A stretch of DNA of 64,000 nucleotides from positions 143,160,001 to 143,224,000 of the forward strand of contig CM059431.1 of the NCBI GenBank assembly GCA_030390025.1, given 5' to 3'. Both the position numbers and the translations under genes were made by a program. Below, one piece after another: positions 23,183 to 36,190 of the stretch. The notes under the pieces were generated by a model, which was not told where the DNA came from, searched no databases, and saw only the letters and a list, made by a program, of their open reading frames with translations. This DNA comes from Squalus acanthias. Its lineage: Eukaryota. Every line of letters starts with the position of its first letter. Position 1 is the stretch's first letter.

Positions 23183-23256
23183 GCATGGATTGCTCAGTCA
23201 GTAGAGCATCAGACTTCATAATCTGAAGGTCCAGGGTTCAAGTCCCTGGTCAGGTG
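23183..23256 (+). pseudogene. tRNA-Lys(TTT)-derived pseudogene with an 8-nt anticodon loop
   Basis: GCTCAGTCAGTAGAGCA-TCAGA-CTTCATAA-TCTGA-AGGTCCAGGGTTCAAGTCCCTG. D, anticodon and T stems are intact; the acceptor stem is mismatched. Confidence 0.8.
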
Positions 23257-23304
23257 TTCATTTATATCACGATTCTAATCTCTACATTCGTGCAGTGACA
23301 GCCA

Positions 23305-24160
23305 ATAGGAACAGGAGTTGGTGATTTAGCCCCTCGAGCCTGTTCTGCCATTCATTGAGATCATGGCTGAACTGTGACCGAGCATAATATAACAGCCTTT
23401 GTCCCCAGAATTATTTTAGTTAATAAAAATCGTCAACTTCAGATTTGAAATTAACAATTGACCTAGCATCAACTGCCGTTTGTGGAAGATAGATCCAAAT
23501 GTCTCCCACCCTTTGCATATAGAAGTGTTCCCCAAACCTAGACTCCCCAACCATCGGAAATGTTTCTCTCCATCTACTCTACCAGTTCACTTTAATATCT
23601 TGAAAACTTCGTTGAAATCACCCCAAAACCTTCCAAATTCCAGACATCCAGCCCTAGTTTGTGTTATCTCTCCTCGTAAGATAACCCTTGGAGTCTATGT
23701 ATAATTCTGGTAAATCTACGCTGCACTCCCTCCAAAGCCAACATATCCTTCCTAAGGTGTGGTGCCCAGGACTGAACACAGTATTACAGGTATGGTTTAA
23801 CCAGGGCTTTGTATAGCAGTAGCAAAGCTTCCCCCTCTTATAATCTAGTCAGCTAGATATAAATCCCAGCATTCCATTAGCCTTTTTGATTATTTTCTGT
23901 ACCTGCCCATGACATTTTAATGATCTAGGTGCACGGACCCGTAAGATTCTAAGGAGCTTCAATGTTTCGAGCTTTTCACCATTTAGAAAGTACTCTGATC
24001 TTTCTTTTTTAGTTCGAAAGTCGATGATCTCACATTTGCCTACGTTAAGATCCATTTGCCACAGTTTTGTCCAGTCACTTAATCTACTAATATCTCTTTG
24101 AAATGTTATGTTTCCATCCACATTGCTTACAATGCCGCCTATATCGGCAAACTTGGATAT
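23305..24160 (-). mobile_element. Degenerate CR1 3' fragment
   Basis: LSDWTKLWQMDLNVGKCE and KKANGMLGFIS; CR1 3' UTR at ~23305-23380. Confidence 0.85.
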
Positions 24161-24184
24161 CTGGATTGGATATGCGGCTTTGTA

Positions 24185-25005
24185 AGACGATGGAAACCCA
24201 TGGAATGAAGTGGAAAGTGACGGATGGTTACGGAATTGGTTCAGTGATAGGAAGCAAATGGTGATAGTGGATGGATGTTTTTCAGACTGGGAGGTAGTTT
24301 GCCGTGTTATTCCTCAAGGGTTATTTTGGGTCCATTACTCTTGTCATTTTTTTTTTATAAACAACCTAGGGAGCAGCATTACAAAGTTTGCAGATGACAC
24401 GACACTTGGAAAAGTATTAGATAATGATGAGGATAGTTATAGGCTTCAGGATAACATAGCAAGGATGGTGCGATGGGAAGAAGCATGGCAGAGAAGTGCG
24501 GAGAAGTGTAAGTGATGCACCTTGGGAGGACAACAATGGAAAGACAGTGTGCTATAAATGGCACAATTTTGAAACGTTTAAATGAGCAGATGATCCTAAA
24601 TGTCCATAACACAAATCCTTACAGGTGGCAGGGCAAGTTGATAAGTTGGTTAAAAAATCATCTGGTTGACTTGGTTTTTAAATGGAGGAATAGAATATAA
24701 AAGAGAAGAGATCAGTTAGAACTTTATAAATCACTGGTAAACACTCTGCTGGAGTATTGTTGACAACTCTGAGCACCACACTTCAGGAAAGATGTAAAGG
24801 CCTTAGAAAGGGAACAGAGGAGGTTGACCAGGATGTTACCAGGGATGAGTGACTTCAGTTATGATAAGAGGTTGGAAAAGTTAGGACTGCTCTCCTTGGA
24901 ACAGAAAAGTTAAGACGAGGCCTAATAGAGGTTTTCAGGATGATGTGAGGTTTGATAGAGTCGACAGAGAAAAAATATTCCCCCTGGCGAGTGGGTCAAG
25001 AACTC
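24185..25005 (+). mobile_element. Degenerate CR1 RT fragment
   Basis: WLRNWFSDRKQMVIVDG, ITKFADDT. Confidence 0.85.
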
Positions 25006-25809
25006 GAGATATTGGCTACCAGTGAATCTGCAGTCAATTTGCCGCATCAAAGGCCGAGTTTTATGCCAGATGCTAAACTTCTCCCAATAGCGTGTTGGAC
25101 TCTCACCTCGGCAAAATCATCGACTGAAGAGATTCTCAGTAAAGCTCCTCACATTTCCAATCATTGTTGAAGATTCCCGTTTCCAGTGTTTGACGCTGGG
25201 GGTCTTGGTCACAACAGACCTTCTCTATGAACCTAGCGATCTTTCTCCAGGTAGTGTAGTGATGATTCGACTTCTCTCTTTCCACTTTCCTACCATACTG
25301 CTCAATCAAATAAATTTTTCATATAACCATGATTTATCTTAATTATAGAATTTGTTACAGGAAAACAATGGGAATATTTTTGTGAATAATAAAATATGTA
25401 ATTTAAAATATTTACAATACGTTTGAATTTCTTACTTTAAAGTTAAGTAGTTATTTTGTTTGCCCCTATTTATAGCCACTAAAATCACTCAGAATATCTG
25501 CTGCCAACTCCAGCTCCACCCACAGTAACACACCACTGATGGGGGTGGGTAACCAGCGGCGGAAACCTGTCTCCCTGTGATACTACAAAGGAGCCAGGAG
25601 CCAATCACATAGCAGCCAGTAACAATGTCACAAAGCAACCGGTGCTCCGCCCAGTCGATGTATTCCAGGGTCACATGACCAGGCTCTGCTCCTGGTGCGC
25701 AGTCTTACTGGGCATGAACACATGTTGTACATTCAGTCCGATGTCCGAACCGCTCAGAGCATCAGAGACAAAAAGTGGAGAGAACATCAGTGGTTGAATC
25801 ATCGGGTTA

Positions 25810-26480
25810 GAAACAGTACGCGTAAGATATAGGGTAATGTTCACTCAACACTGTACCAAAGAACATTCCAGGGCAGGTACAGCACCGGTTAGATACAGAG
25901 TAAAGCTCCATCTACAATGTCCCGTCAAACATTCCCACAGCAGGTACAGCACGGGTTAGATACAGAGTAAAGCTCCATGTACACTGTCCCCTCAAAAAGT
26001 CCGACGGCAGTTACAGGGCGGGCCAAATGCAGAGTAAAGCTCCCTCGACACTGTCCCATCAAACACTCCCAGGGCAGGTACAGCACGGGTAAGATACAGT
26101 GTAAAGCTTCCTCTACACTCAACCACTCCCAGGGCAGGTATAGCATGGTTTAGACACAGAGTAAATCTCCCTCTACACTGTCCCATCAAAAATTCCCAGG
26201 CCAGGTAAAGCACGGGTTAGATACGGTATTACACTTCCTTTCTACGATCCCGTCAAATACTACCAGAGCAGGTGCTGCAGTGGTTAAATACAGTGTAAAT
26301 CCCGCTGTATTTTGGTTCAGCAAGAACTTTCATCTCTGATACAGCATCTGGTCAATACAGCTAAAAGCTCCTCTGACACTTTCTAATGAAGCAAACTAAC
26401 TCAGGTACACCACGGTACGGATACAGGTTAAAATTCCACGTGCATATAATTTTCAAGATCTCCCAGGTGAGGTATGGACA
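25810..26480. repeat. ~67-bp minisatellite array
   Basis: Unit ACAGCACGGGTTAGATACAGAGTAAAGCTCCCTCTACACTGTCCCATCAAACACTCCCAGGGCAGGT. Confidence 0.9.
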
Positions 26481-26944
26481 AGATTCGCAGGTGAGTGAAT
26501 CCCCAGTCAAATTGCCACATCAAAGGCCGATCCTTATGGCAAATGTTGAACAGCTGCCGAAAGCGGGTTCGACTCTCAACTCGACAAAGTCCTGTAGTGA
26601 TTGGATTCTCAAGAAAGTTCCTCATCCTTCCAATCATTGCTGAAGCTTCCTGTTTTATCCTCTCTTTGACACAGGGGGTCCTGGTACCACCAGATCTGTT
26701 GTGTGAACCCAATGACATTTCTCCGGTCCCAGTTAATGTGATGAGGATTCGACTTCTCTTGCTCTCCACCTTCCTGAGATACTGCTGGCTCCAAGAAACT
26801 GTCAATATCAAACTGATTCATATTAATTGCCTAAACTATATGGAATTATTTATGTTAAATGTTCGTGTACAAACCGTTCAATGGCGGATGGGGAGTTGAA
26901 TTCTTGTCCCAATGACACTCTCCATCACTGGTCAGAAGCTGAGC

Positions 26945-29900
26945 TGGTGAATCCCGTGGCAGTTGCACAGTTGGCTGGTCCTTTTTTTAATCTATTTTAT
27001 TGGCTGGAGAGCTGGTTCAGGAGCGAGGGCTTTAGATTTCTGAGGCATTGGGACCGTTTCTGGGGGAGGTAGACCTTATACAAGCCAGACGGGTTGCACC
27101 ACAACAGAGCCAGTAACAATATCCTCTGGTGCTGTTGGGAGGGTTTAAACTAGCTTGGCAGGGGGATGGGAACCTGAGAATATTTTCAGAAGCGAGAGAA
27201 GTAAAGCTGCAAATGGAGGGCAGAAAATTAATCAGCGCGTTTGGAGAGCAGAGGAAACAAGGGCACGGAAATAGACAACAAGACATGTTGCTAAATGATA
27301 TATACTTTAACGCACGGAGTCTAGGAAATAAGGGAGATGAGCTAAGGGCACAGATAAACACCTGGGAGTATGATATTATAGTCATTACTGAAACATGACT
27401 GAAAGAAGGGCAGGACTGGCAGCTCAACATTCCTGGTTACAGGATATTCAGGCGAGATAGCGAGGTGTTTAAAAAAATAGGGCGTTCGCACTACTGAGAC
27501 TATTACATCTGTGATGAGGGATGATATGTTAGAATGATCATCAAATGAGGCCATGTGAATTGAACTAAAGGACAAAAATGGGACAATGACACTGCTGGGA
27601 GTGTACTGTAGACCCCCAAACAGTCCGAGGGAGAGAGAAGAGCAAATTTGTAGGCACATTTCTGACAAGTGCAAAAACAATAGGGCAGTGATAGTTTGGG
27701 GATTTCAATTACCCCAATATTAACTAGGATACTACCAGTGTAAAAGATATAGAGGGCACAGCATTCCTAAATTGCATTCTGGAGGACATTTTTAGCCAAT
27801 ACGTAGCAAACCCAAGAAGAGGGTGGGGGAGGGGGTGCAGCTCTTGATTTAGTTTTAGGGAATGAAGCTGTGCAGGTGGAAGGGGTAGAAGGAGTATCAG
27901 TGGGAGAGCATTTTTGTGTTAGTGATCATAATTCATTTAGTTTTAGCACAACAATGAATAAGGACAAAGAAAATACAGGAGTATGGGTTCTAAAATGGGG
28001 GAAGGCCAATTTTACCAGGTTAAGAAGTGATTTAGCAAAAGTGGACTGGAAACAGTTTCTTGAAATGTCAGAGCAGTGGGACATATTCAAGAGGGAGATA
28101 CATGGAGTTCAGGGTAAACATGAAAAAGGGTAGAACTGCCCAATTTAGAGCCCCTGGATGACAAGGTGCACACAGGGTAAGATAAGGCAAAAAAGGGAGG
28201 TAGATATCAGATAGAGTGAGCTCAATACTGCAGAAAGCCTCGAAGGGTACAGAAAGTGTAGGGGTGAAATTAGGAAGGAAATTAGGAAAGCAAAATAGAA
28301 CATGGGAAAATACTGGCAAGTAGAATCAAAGAATACCCAAAGATCTTTTATAATTACATAAAGAGCAAGAGGATAAATAAGGAAATAGTAGGGCCTATCA
28401 GGGACCAAAATGGTGATCTATTTGTGGAGGCAGAGGATGTGGGTAAGGTAATTAATGAATGCCTTGCAGCTGTATTCACAATAGAGGAGGAGGATTCCTA
28501 CTTTGAAGTTAAGGAGGAAGATAGTGAAATATTGTACTTGATAAACATAGTAAGAGAGCAAGTATTAAGTGGTTTAGCATCCGTGAAAGTAGATAAATCG
28601 CCAGGGCCGGATTCAATATATCCGAGGCTATTCAAATAAGCAATTGAGGAAATTGCGGAGGCTCTGACTATCATTTTCCAATCCTCCCTGGCTCCAGCAA
28701 TGGTGCCCCTGATTGGAGAACTGCTAAAGTTGTACCATTGTTTAAAAAGGGAGGAAGGGATAAACCGAGTAATTACAGGCCATTTGGTTTAATCTCGGTG
28801 GTGGACAAATTACTGGAATCAATTCTGAGGGGCAATGTAAACTTTCATTTAGAAAGACACAGATTGATCAAGAACAGTCAGCATAGTTTTGTTAAGGGAA
28901 GGTCGTGTCTGACTAATTGACTTAATTCTTTGTGGAGGTAAGAAGAATGGTCGATGAGCGCAGTGCATTTGATGTAGTCTACATGGATTTTAGCAAGTCC
29001 TTCGACAAGGTCCCACATGGCAGGCTGATCCAAAATGTAAACGCCCAGGGGGTCTGTAGGGGGTGGTGTGGTAGGGTCAGCTTCGCCTCTGACTCAGTGA
29101 GCGGTTCGAATCGCTCCCACGTCCCTGGTTCTAGACCTTGGACTTATTTGGGTGTTGTGAACAAAGATGCAGTCGACAACAGGTTTTGATGAAAGAGTTT
29201 TGACTTTTATTAAAGAAAAAAGGAAACAAACTTAAAACACACTTAATGCTTAAACACAGGTTGGGGAACACACGGTACAGGCGAGGGAGAATTACAATAT
29301 ACAAAAACCCTTATCCCTCCCAAATCCCACTGCCTAGCTAGGTTTGATTCCAGAAGATCAGGGATAATGTTCACCAAATGACAGTTCTTGACAGTTGAGA
29401 GTTAGGGTTTAGAGTCTTTTGAGTAAAAGGTTTCGTAAGGCCCTTGTTGCTGCGAGGTGTCCGATGGTCACTGAGGCGGTCGCTCTGGTCTCTTGAACTG
29501 CTGGCCTTCTTTGTTGAGCTTCTTTCTGTTGAACTCTGCCTCTGTTTAAACTGTCTTCTTCCGAGCTGTGGAACTGCCTTCTTGCAGAACTGTGGAACTC
29601 CTTGCTGCTTCTTCCTTGCTTCTCCTGAACTCTGTGTTTAATCGGAGTTTGAATTGTCCTCATGTTTTGGGTTTCTTGACTGAGCCTAGAACTTCGATCG
29701 GATATTTGCTTTATGTATGTCTTTAATGGGTTCTGTAATCGGTTTGATGGGACCTGTTGTTTTGATTGGGACTGTCTCCTCCTAGGATCTATTGTCAAAA
29801 TGTTAATGCGTGCTGGTGCTTTGAGTGAGGTCATTCCGGTTACACAGACATCGCAATTAACTGCAATACCCAAACTACTTTTGCAGAGGTCGAACCCAAC

Positions 29901-30895
29901 TTCCTTCGCAGCCGTTTCTCCCTTTACAGTCCCAGACATGTTTTTAAAATGCCAAAACTTGGATTTTGTTCTTAAATTCCTTATGTTAGGTCCAAATGCA
30001 TTTTTATCATTCTGAGGAAGTTCCAAAGTGCTTTTTCCTTAGGTTTTGTGTATTTGTAAATTGGATCCAAAATTGGCTCAGTGGCAGGACACAAATGGTC
30101 ATGGTTGAGGGGAGTTTGTGCGACTGGAAGGCTGTTTCCGATGGGTTTCCACAGGGCTCAGTACTCGTTCCGTTACTTTTTGTAGTGTATATTTATGATT
30201 TAGACTTAAATGTAGGGGGCACAATAAATAAATTTGCAGATGATACAAAAATTGACCGTGAGGTTCACAGTGAGGAGGAAAGTTTTAGACTGCAGGAAGA
30301 TATCGATGGACTGGGCAGTTGGGCAGAAAAGTGGCAAATGGAATTCAATTCGGAAAAGTGTGAGGTAATGCATTTGGGGTGGGGCAACAAGGCAAGGGAA
30401 GACACAATTAATGGGAGGATACTGAGAGGCAACGAAGATTCACTAGATTGATTCCTGGGATGAGATGATTGATCTATGAGGAGAGATTGAGTAGAATGGG
30501 CAATGAGTGGTGATCTAAATGGAAGATACGATGCTGAGATCCTTGAAAGGGTAGATGCTGAGAGGTTGTTTTCCCTGGCTGGAGAGTCTAGGACTAGGGG
30601 GCAGAGTCTCAAGATTAGGGGCCAGCCATTTAATACTGAGATGAGGAACAATTTCTTCACTGTGAGTTGTGATTCTTTGGAATTCGCTTCCCCAGAGGGC
30701 TGTGGATGCTCAGTCATTAAGTATATTCAAGGCTGAGATCGATAGATGTGGTACTCTAAGGGAATCAAGTGATATGGGGATCCGGCGGGAAAGTGGAGAT
30801 GATGTAGAAGATCATTCAAGATCTTATTCATTGACGGAGCAGTCTCGAGGGGCCGTATGGCCTACTCCTGCTCCTAATCCTTATGTTCTTATGAT
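26945..30895 (+). mobile_element. Degenerate CR1 LINE (end of esterase-type ORF1, ORF2 EN-RT, 3' end), interrupted by an LTR-like insert
   Basis: YFNARSLGNKGDEL, VITET, SDHNS, DKSPGPD, NYRP, YMDFSKSFDKVPH, KFADDT; tail TCTTATG. Confidence 0.9.
29055..30057 (-). mobile_element. LTR-like element related to 7503-8717, opposite orientation, one end deleted
   Basis: Reverse complement of 29390-29520 matches 8235-8385 (CAACAAAGAAGGCCAGCAG...CAGTGACCATC..ACACCTCG..CAAGGGCCTTA.GAAAC). Terminus TGTAGGGGGT at 29055; no matching far end or TSD. Confidence 0.7.
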
Positions 30896-32250
30896 AAGAA
30901 TAAAATGGGTCCATTTTTTATTTTATTTTTTATTTCTAATTTGATAAAGTTGCAATTAACTACATTTGGTTGAATTACTTACTTTAATATTATTTTTTTC
31001 TTTTATATCCTTGTCCCTATTTATGCTCACTCACAGTATCTGCTGCAACTCAGGCTCTGCCCACGGCACACAATAGCTTGTTAGACTCTCACCTGGAAAG
31101 AATCCAATACTGATGGGATTCTCAGTGGAGCTCCTCGTCTTTATAATCATTGCTGAAGCTTCCTGTTTATCACATACAGCATGTGGTTAATGCAGGGTAC
31201 AGTTCCTCTGACACTACCCAATGAAGCACGCCATCTCATGTACAGTGTGGAATTAATACATTTTCAGGAAAATCGTCCTGTAAGCATCGCGCATGCCCTG
31301 GTGATGTATGAGCTAGCTTTACATACCAGTGATTCCGCAGTCAAATTGTCACATCAAATGCTGAGCTTTTTACCAGAAATTAAATGGCACCTAATAGCTT
31401 TTTACTCTCTAACCTTGAATAAATCCTGTACTGGTGTGTGCCAAAATTGGGAGAGCTGTCCCAGAGATTAGTCAAGCAACAGCCTGGCATAGTGATACTG
31501 GCAGAGTCGTGCCTTTCAGCCAATGTCCCAGATTCCTCCCTTACAATCACCTGGGTATGTCCTGTACCACCGGCAGAACAGACCCTCCAGAGGTGGCATA
31601 CAGTCCTGAGGGCGTTGCCGTGGGAGATCTCAACATTGACTCCGGACCCCATGAAGTCTCATGGCTTCTGGTTAAGCATGGGCAAGGACACTTTCTGCTG
31701 ATTAGCACCTACTGCCCTACCACAGCTGATGAATCAGCAGTCCTGCATGTTGAACACCACTTGGAAGAAGCACTGAGGGTTGCAAGGGCACAGAATTTGA
31801 GGAATTTGAATGTCCATCACCAAGAGTGGCTCGGTAGCAACATTACTGAGCGACCTGGCCGAGTCTTGAAGGAAGTCGCTGCCTGACTATGACTGCAATA
31901 GTTGGTGAGATAACTAACACGAAGGATATCCCTACTTGACCACGTCCTCAACAACCTACCTGTCGCAGATGCTTCTGTCCATAACAGCATAGACCACATT
32001 CCTTGTGGAGACGAAATTTGGTCTTCACACTGAGGACACCCTCCATCCTGTGGTGTGGCTCTACCACCGTGCTAAATAGGATAGATTCAGAACAGATCCA
32101 GCTGCTCAAAACTGGGCATTCTTGAGGCGTTGTGGGCCATCAGCAGCAGCAGAATTGTATTCCACCACAATCTGTAACCTCATGGCCCGGCATATCCCTA
32201 ATTCCACAATTAACATCAAGCCAGGTGACCAACCCTGGTTCAATATGGTG

Positions 32251-32456
32251 GTCTGCAATTGTAAGGTACACATGCTTTGTTTTCTATCTATATATGCTTT
32301 CGCGATTCTGTATCTAATTTACTTCACCTGAGGAAGGAGCAATCGATAGCTCCGAAAGCTTGTGATTTCAAATAAAACTGTTGGACTATAACCTTGTGTT
32401 GTGCGACCTCTCAATTTTGTCCACCCCAGTCCAACACCGGCATCTCCGCATCATGA
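32251..32456 (+). mobile_element. 206-bp Penelope-like terminal fragment inserted in the LINE
   Basis: 11-bp TSD TCAATATGGTG (32240-32250, 32457-32467). Carries a hammerhead motif followed by AATAAA. Confidence 0.75.
32324..32365 (+). ncRNA. Minimal type-I hammerhead ribozyme motif
   Basis: TCAC-CTGAGGA-A-GGAGC-AATCGATA-GCTCC-GAAA-GC-TT-GTGA: stem I TCAC/GTGA, core CUGANGA + GAAA, stem II GGAGC/GCTCC, palindromic AGCT in place of stem III. Confidence 0.7.
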
Positions 32457-34764
32457 TCAATATGGTGTGCAGAAGAGTACACAAGGAGCAGCACCAGGCG
32501 TACCTAAAAATGAGGTGCCAACCTGGGGAAGCTGCAACACAGGACCCACAAGCAAGGGTTCAGATCAAAGCTCTGCATTCCTGCCACATTCAGTAGTGAA
32601 TGGTGGTGGGCAATTAAACAACTAACGGGAGGAGGAAGCTCCATGAATATCCGCATCCTCATTGATGGCGGAGCCCAGCATGCGAGTGCAAAAGACAAGG
32701 CTGAAGCGCTTGCAACAATCTTCAGACAGAAGTGCCGAGTGGATGATCCATATCTGCCTCATCCTGAGGTCCCCACCATCACAGAAGCCAGTCTTCAGCC
32801 AATTCGATTCACTCCACGTGATACCAAGAAACACCTGAGCGCACTGGATACAGCAAAGTCTATGGGCCCCGACAACATCCTGGCTGTCGTGCTGAGAACT
32901 TGTACACCAGGACTAGCCGCGCCTTTGGCCAGGCTGTTGCAGTACAGCTACACACTGGCATCTACCCGAAAATTTGGAAAACGGCCCAGGTATGTCATGT
33001 CGACAAAAAGCAGGACAAATCCAATCCGTCCAATTACCGCCCCAGCAGTCTATTCTCAATCATCAGCAAAGTGATGGAAGGTTTCGTCGACAGTACTATC
33101 AAGCGGCACTTGCTCAACAATTACCCGCTCACCGATGTTCAGTTTGGGTTCTGCCAGGACCACTCGGATCCATACCTCATTATATCCTTCGGCCAACCAC
33201 TGACGGGAGTGTGATGGCATATTCTCCACTTGCCTGAATTAGTGCAACACCAACAACACTCAATAAGCTCGAGAACATCAAGGACAAAGCAGCCCGCTTG
33301 ATTGGCACCCCATCCACCACCTTAAACATTAACTACCTCCACCACCGGCGCACTGTGGCTGCAGTTTGTACCATCTACATGAAGCACTGCAGCAACTCGC
33401 CAAGACTACTTCGGCAGCACCTCCTAAACTCGCGGCCTCTTCCACCTAGAAGGACAAGGGCAGCAGGTGCATGGGAACACCACCACCTCCAAGTTTCCCT
33501 CCAAGTTAAACACCATCATGACTTAGAAGTATATTGCCAATCCTTAATCGTCGCTTGGTCAAAATTCTGGAACTCCCTACCTAAAAGCACTGTGAGAGTA
33601 CCTTCACCACACGGCCTGCAGTGGTCCAAGAAGACGGCCCACCACCACCTTCTCAAGGGCAATTGTGAATGGACAATAAATCCTGGTCTTGCCAGTGACG
33701 CTCACATCCCAGGAATGAATAATAAAACAATTACAATTAATTATATTTGGTTGAATTAATTACATTAATATTAAATTGTTCTTATATTTCCTTACCCCTA
33801 TTTATAGGAGCCATTCTCACTCACAATATCTGCTGCCAACTCGAGCTCCACCCACTGTAACTGACCACTGATGGAGCGCAACCAGGGGCATAAACCTGTC
33901 ACCAGATGACAAAAGAAAGAAGCCAGGAGCCAATCATACATCAGCCACTAACAATGTCACAAAGCAGCCGGAGCTCCGCCCAGTCGAGGCGTCACAGGGT
34001 TACATATCCATGGTCTGCTCCTGGTATGCAGTCTCACTAGGGATGAACACATGTTGTTCATTCAGTCCTGTCTCCGATTGCGTTGGCATGTACAAGCCTC
34101 CAGCCAGGGAGCACAGACTGTCAAAATTTCACCTTATGCATTATCCTTCCATCCTCAGTAAGAGGCCACAATAGTCCATAGCCCAAGGATTCACCTTTTG
34201 ATTCATACACCCCAAGTCTCCCTCACAAAATATCAAGCAGTGCGTTCCCTCCTGCCTTGGCAGCAACCAGGAACAATGTCACAAAGCAGCCAGAGCTCCG
34301 CCCCGTCGAGTATTAAAAGGGTCACATGACCATGCTCTTCTCCTGGTGTGCAGTCTCAATGGGCATGAACACATGTTCTACATTCAGTCCGATCTTCCAT
34401 CCCATTCCCATGTACTGTGACCCAAGGCAGGGAGCACAATCATTCAAATTGCCCTTTATGAATTCTCCGTCCAATCCTCCAAATATGAGCTCCCACTATT
34501 CTTTGGCCCAAATGTCCACCTTTCGATTATACACTGCAAAGTCTCCCTCACATAATATCAAGCAGTGGGACTCCCTCCTGCCTCGCCAGTGAAAGACAAT
34601 TTGAGGTAATGGCACTTGGATGAAGATATAACTTCTTCTGTGTTCTAAAACCAGTCTATTACCTGTAACATGAAGGGGCGTCAGAGGCAAATTGTATGGA
34701 TCATCAGGGCTATCAATGGGTGGGGCCATGTGAGCAATAATTGGAGGGGAAATCATGGGCAATA

Positions 34765-35435
34765 ATAGTTTAAGCTCCATCTACACGGTCCTATCAAACA
34801 CTCGCAGTTCAGGTATGGCACAAGATACATGCAGAGTAAAACTAACTCTACACCGTCCCATCAAACATTCGCAGGTCAGGTACAGCACGGGTTATCTGCA
34901 GTTTAAAGCACATTCTAAACAGCCACATCAAACAATTCCATATCTGGTCCAGCACTGAGTAGATACTGAGTAAATCTCCCGCTAGGCTGTCCCATCAAAC
35001 ACTCCCAGATCAGGTACAGAACGGATTAGCGATAGACTAAAGCTCTGTCAGCACTGTTCCATTAAACACACCCAGGTTAGACACTGCAGGGTTTAAATGA
35101 ATACTAATGCTTCCTCTACGAATTCCCATCATACACTCCCAGGGCAAGTACAACACGGGCTAGATACAGAGTAAAGCTCCCTCTACACAGCACCTTAAAA
35201 CACACCAAGGTCAGGAACAGTACAGGTCAGATACAGAATAAAGCTCCCTCTACATTGTTCCATAATACATTATCAGGACAGGTACAATAACGGTTAGAAA
35301 CAGAGTAAAGCTCCCTTTACACTCTTCGTTAAAACACACAATGAAGCAACAGCGCAGTTCAGATACAGAGTAAATTGCCCTGAACACTGTCCCATCAAAA
35401 GCTCCCAGGGCAAGTAGACAGGGCTTAGATACAAT
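34765..35435. repeat. ~67-bp minisatellite array
   Basis: Same unit as 25810-26480. Confidence 0.9.
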
Positions 35436-36190
35436 GGCCCAGAAATTAAACATGGATGGTTCCCGCGGGGGTAAGGATTCCCCACGATATCGCACTCCGC
35501 GCCTACCTTTTTGTTTGGGGCCCACACGAACTTTAGTTTCAGAGCCTCTTCTTGTTGCAACCGCGCAGTGTGTGCGTATCACAGAGGCGCAATTAGTTCG
35601 TGCGAGCTCTGGGATCACGTGATTCAGTTAGAGCCATTGGCAGCACACCATCTTTCATTCATAGTTTTGACGGCAAGAGCTGTCAAAGCTATGAATACTA
35701 CAAACCCCCAAAAGAACAGCTAAACCTCAATTAAATTTAAAAAAATCCATCACATTAATAAAATAATTATAGTTAAATAAATTAACCACTTTAAACAAAA
35801 AATTAAATTTTTGAAAAAATTTAATTTTTTTTAAAAGTTATAAAAATAAACTTACCTTTCTTTAAAGTCTCTAAAAAAGATAAACCTGTTGAAAAAATTT
35901 TAAAATAACACTTAATTAACTACTTACCTTGTTAAAAGGTCCTACTCCTGCTTTCTTTATGTGTAAAACTTCACCACTTACCTGCGCGTTCAAAGCTGAA
36001 AAAAACTAAGTGCACTGCGTGCTCACAGCCTGTAGCGCGCACGCGGTTCACTTAGGAAACGCCCCCTTTGCAATTCACGAAGTGCCGGTTTCCGCGCATG
36101 CGCAGTGCATGCAGGAAATCGGCAATTCCGGATCTAATACGCGGGAGTACACAGTGCGTACTCTCGCGTATTAGGTTTAATTTTCGGGCC
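35436..36190. mobile_element. Non-autonomous DNA transposon (MITE, PIF/Harbinger-like), 755 bp
   Basis: TIRs GGCCCAGAAATTAAAC / GTTTAATTTTCGGGCC, 3-bp TSD AAT (35433-35435, 36191-36193), AT-rich core, no transposase. Confidence 0.8.

Larger units (their letters stand above)
31432..33726 (+). mobile_element. Degenerate non-LTR retrotransposon (CR1/L2 group), EN-RT remnant with 3' tail
   Basis: GIVILAESCL, KPGDQPWFN, ALDTAKSMGPDNI, SNPSNYRP, LHHRRTVAAVCTIY; tail CACATCCCAGGAATGAATAATAAAA. Confidence 0.85.

Noticed and set aside
29409..30026. 205-aa minus-strand ORF
   Set aside because: It lies within an LTR-like element and has no recognisable domain.
33868..33872. TGA shared by block A copies as a selenocysteine codon
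   Set aside because: Shared ancestry explains it, other stops and frameshifts exist, and no SECIS was identified.
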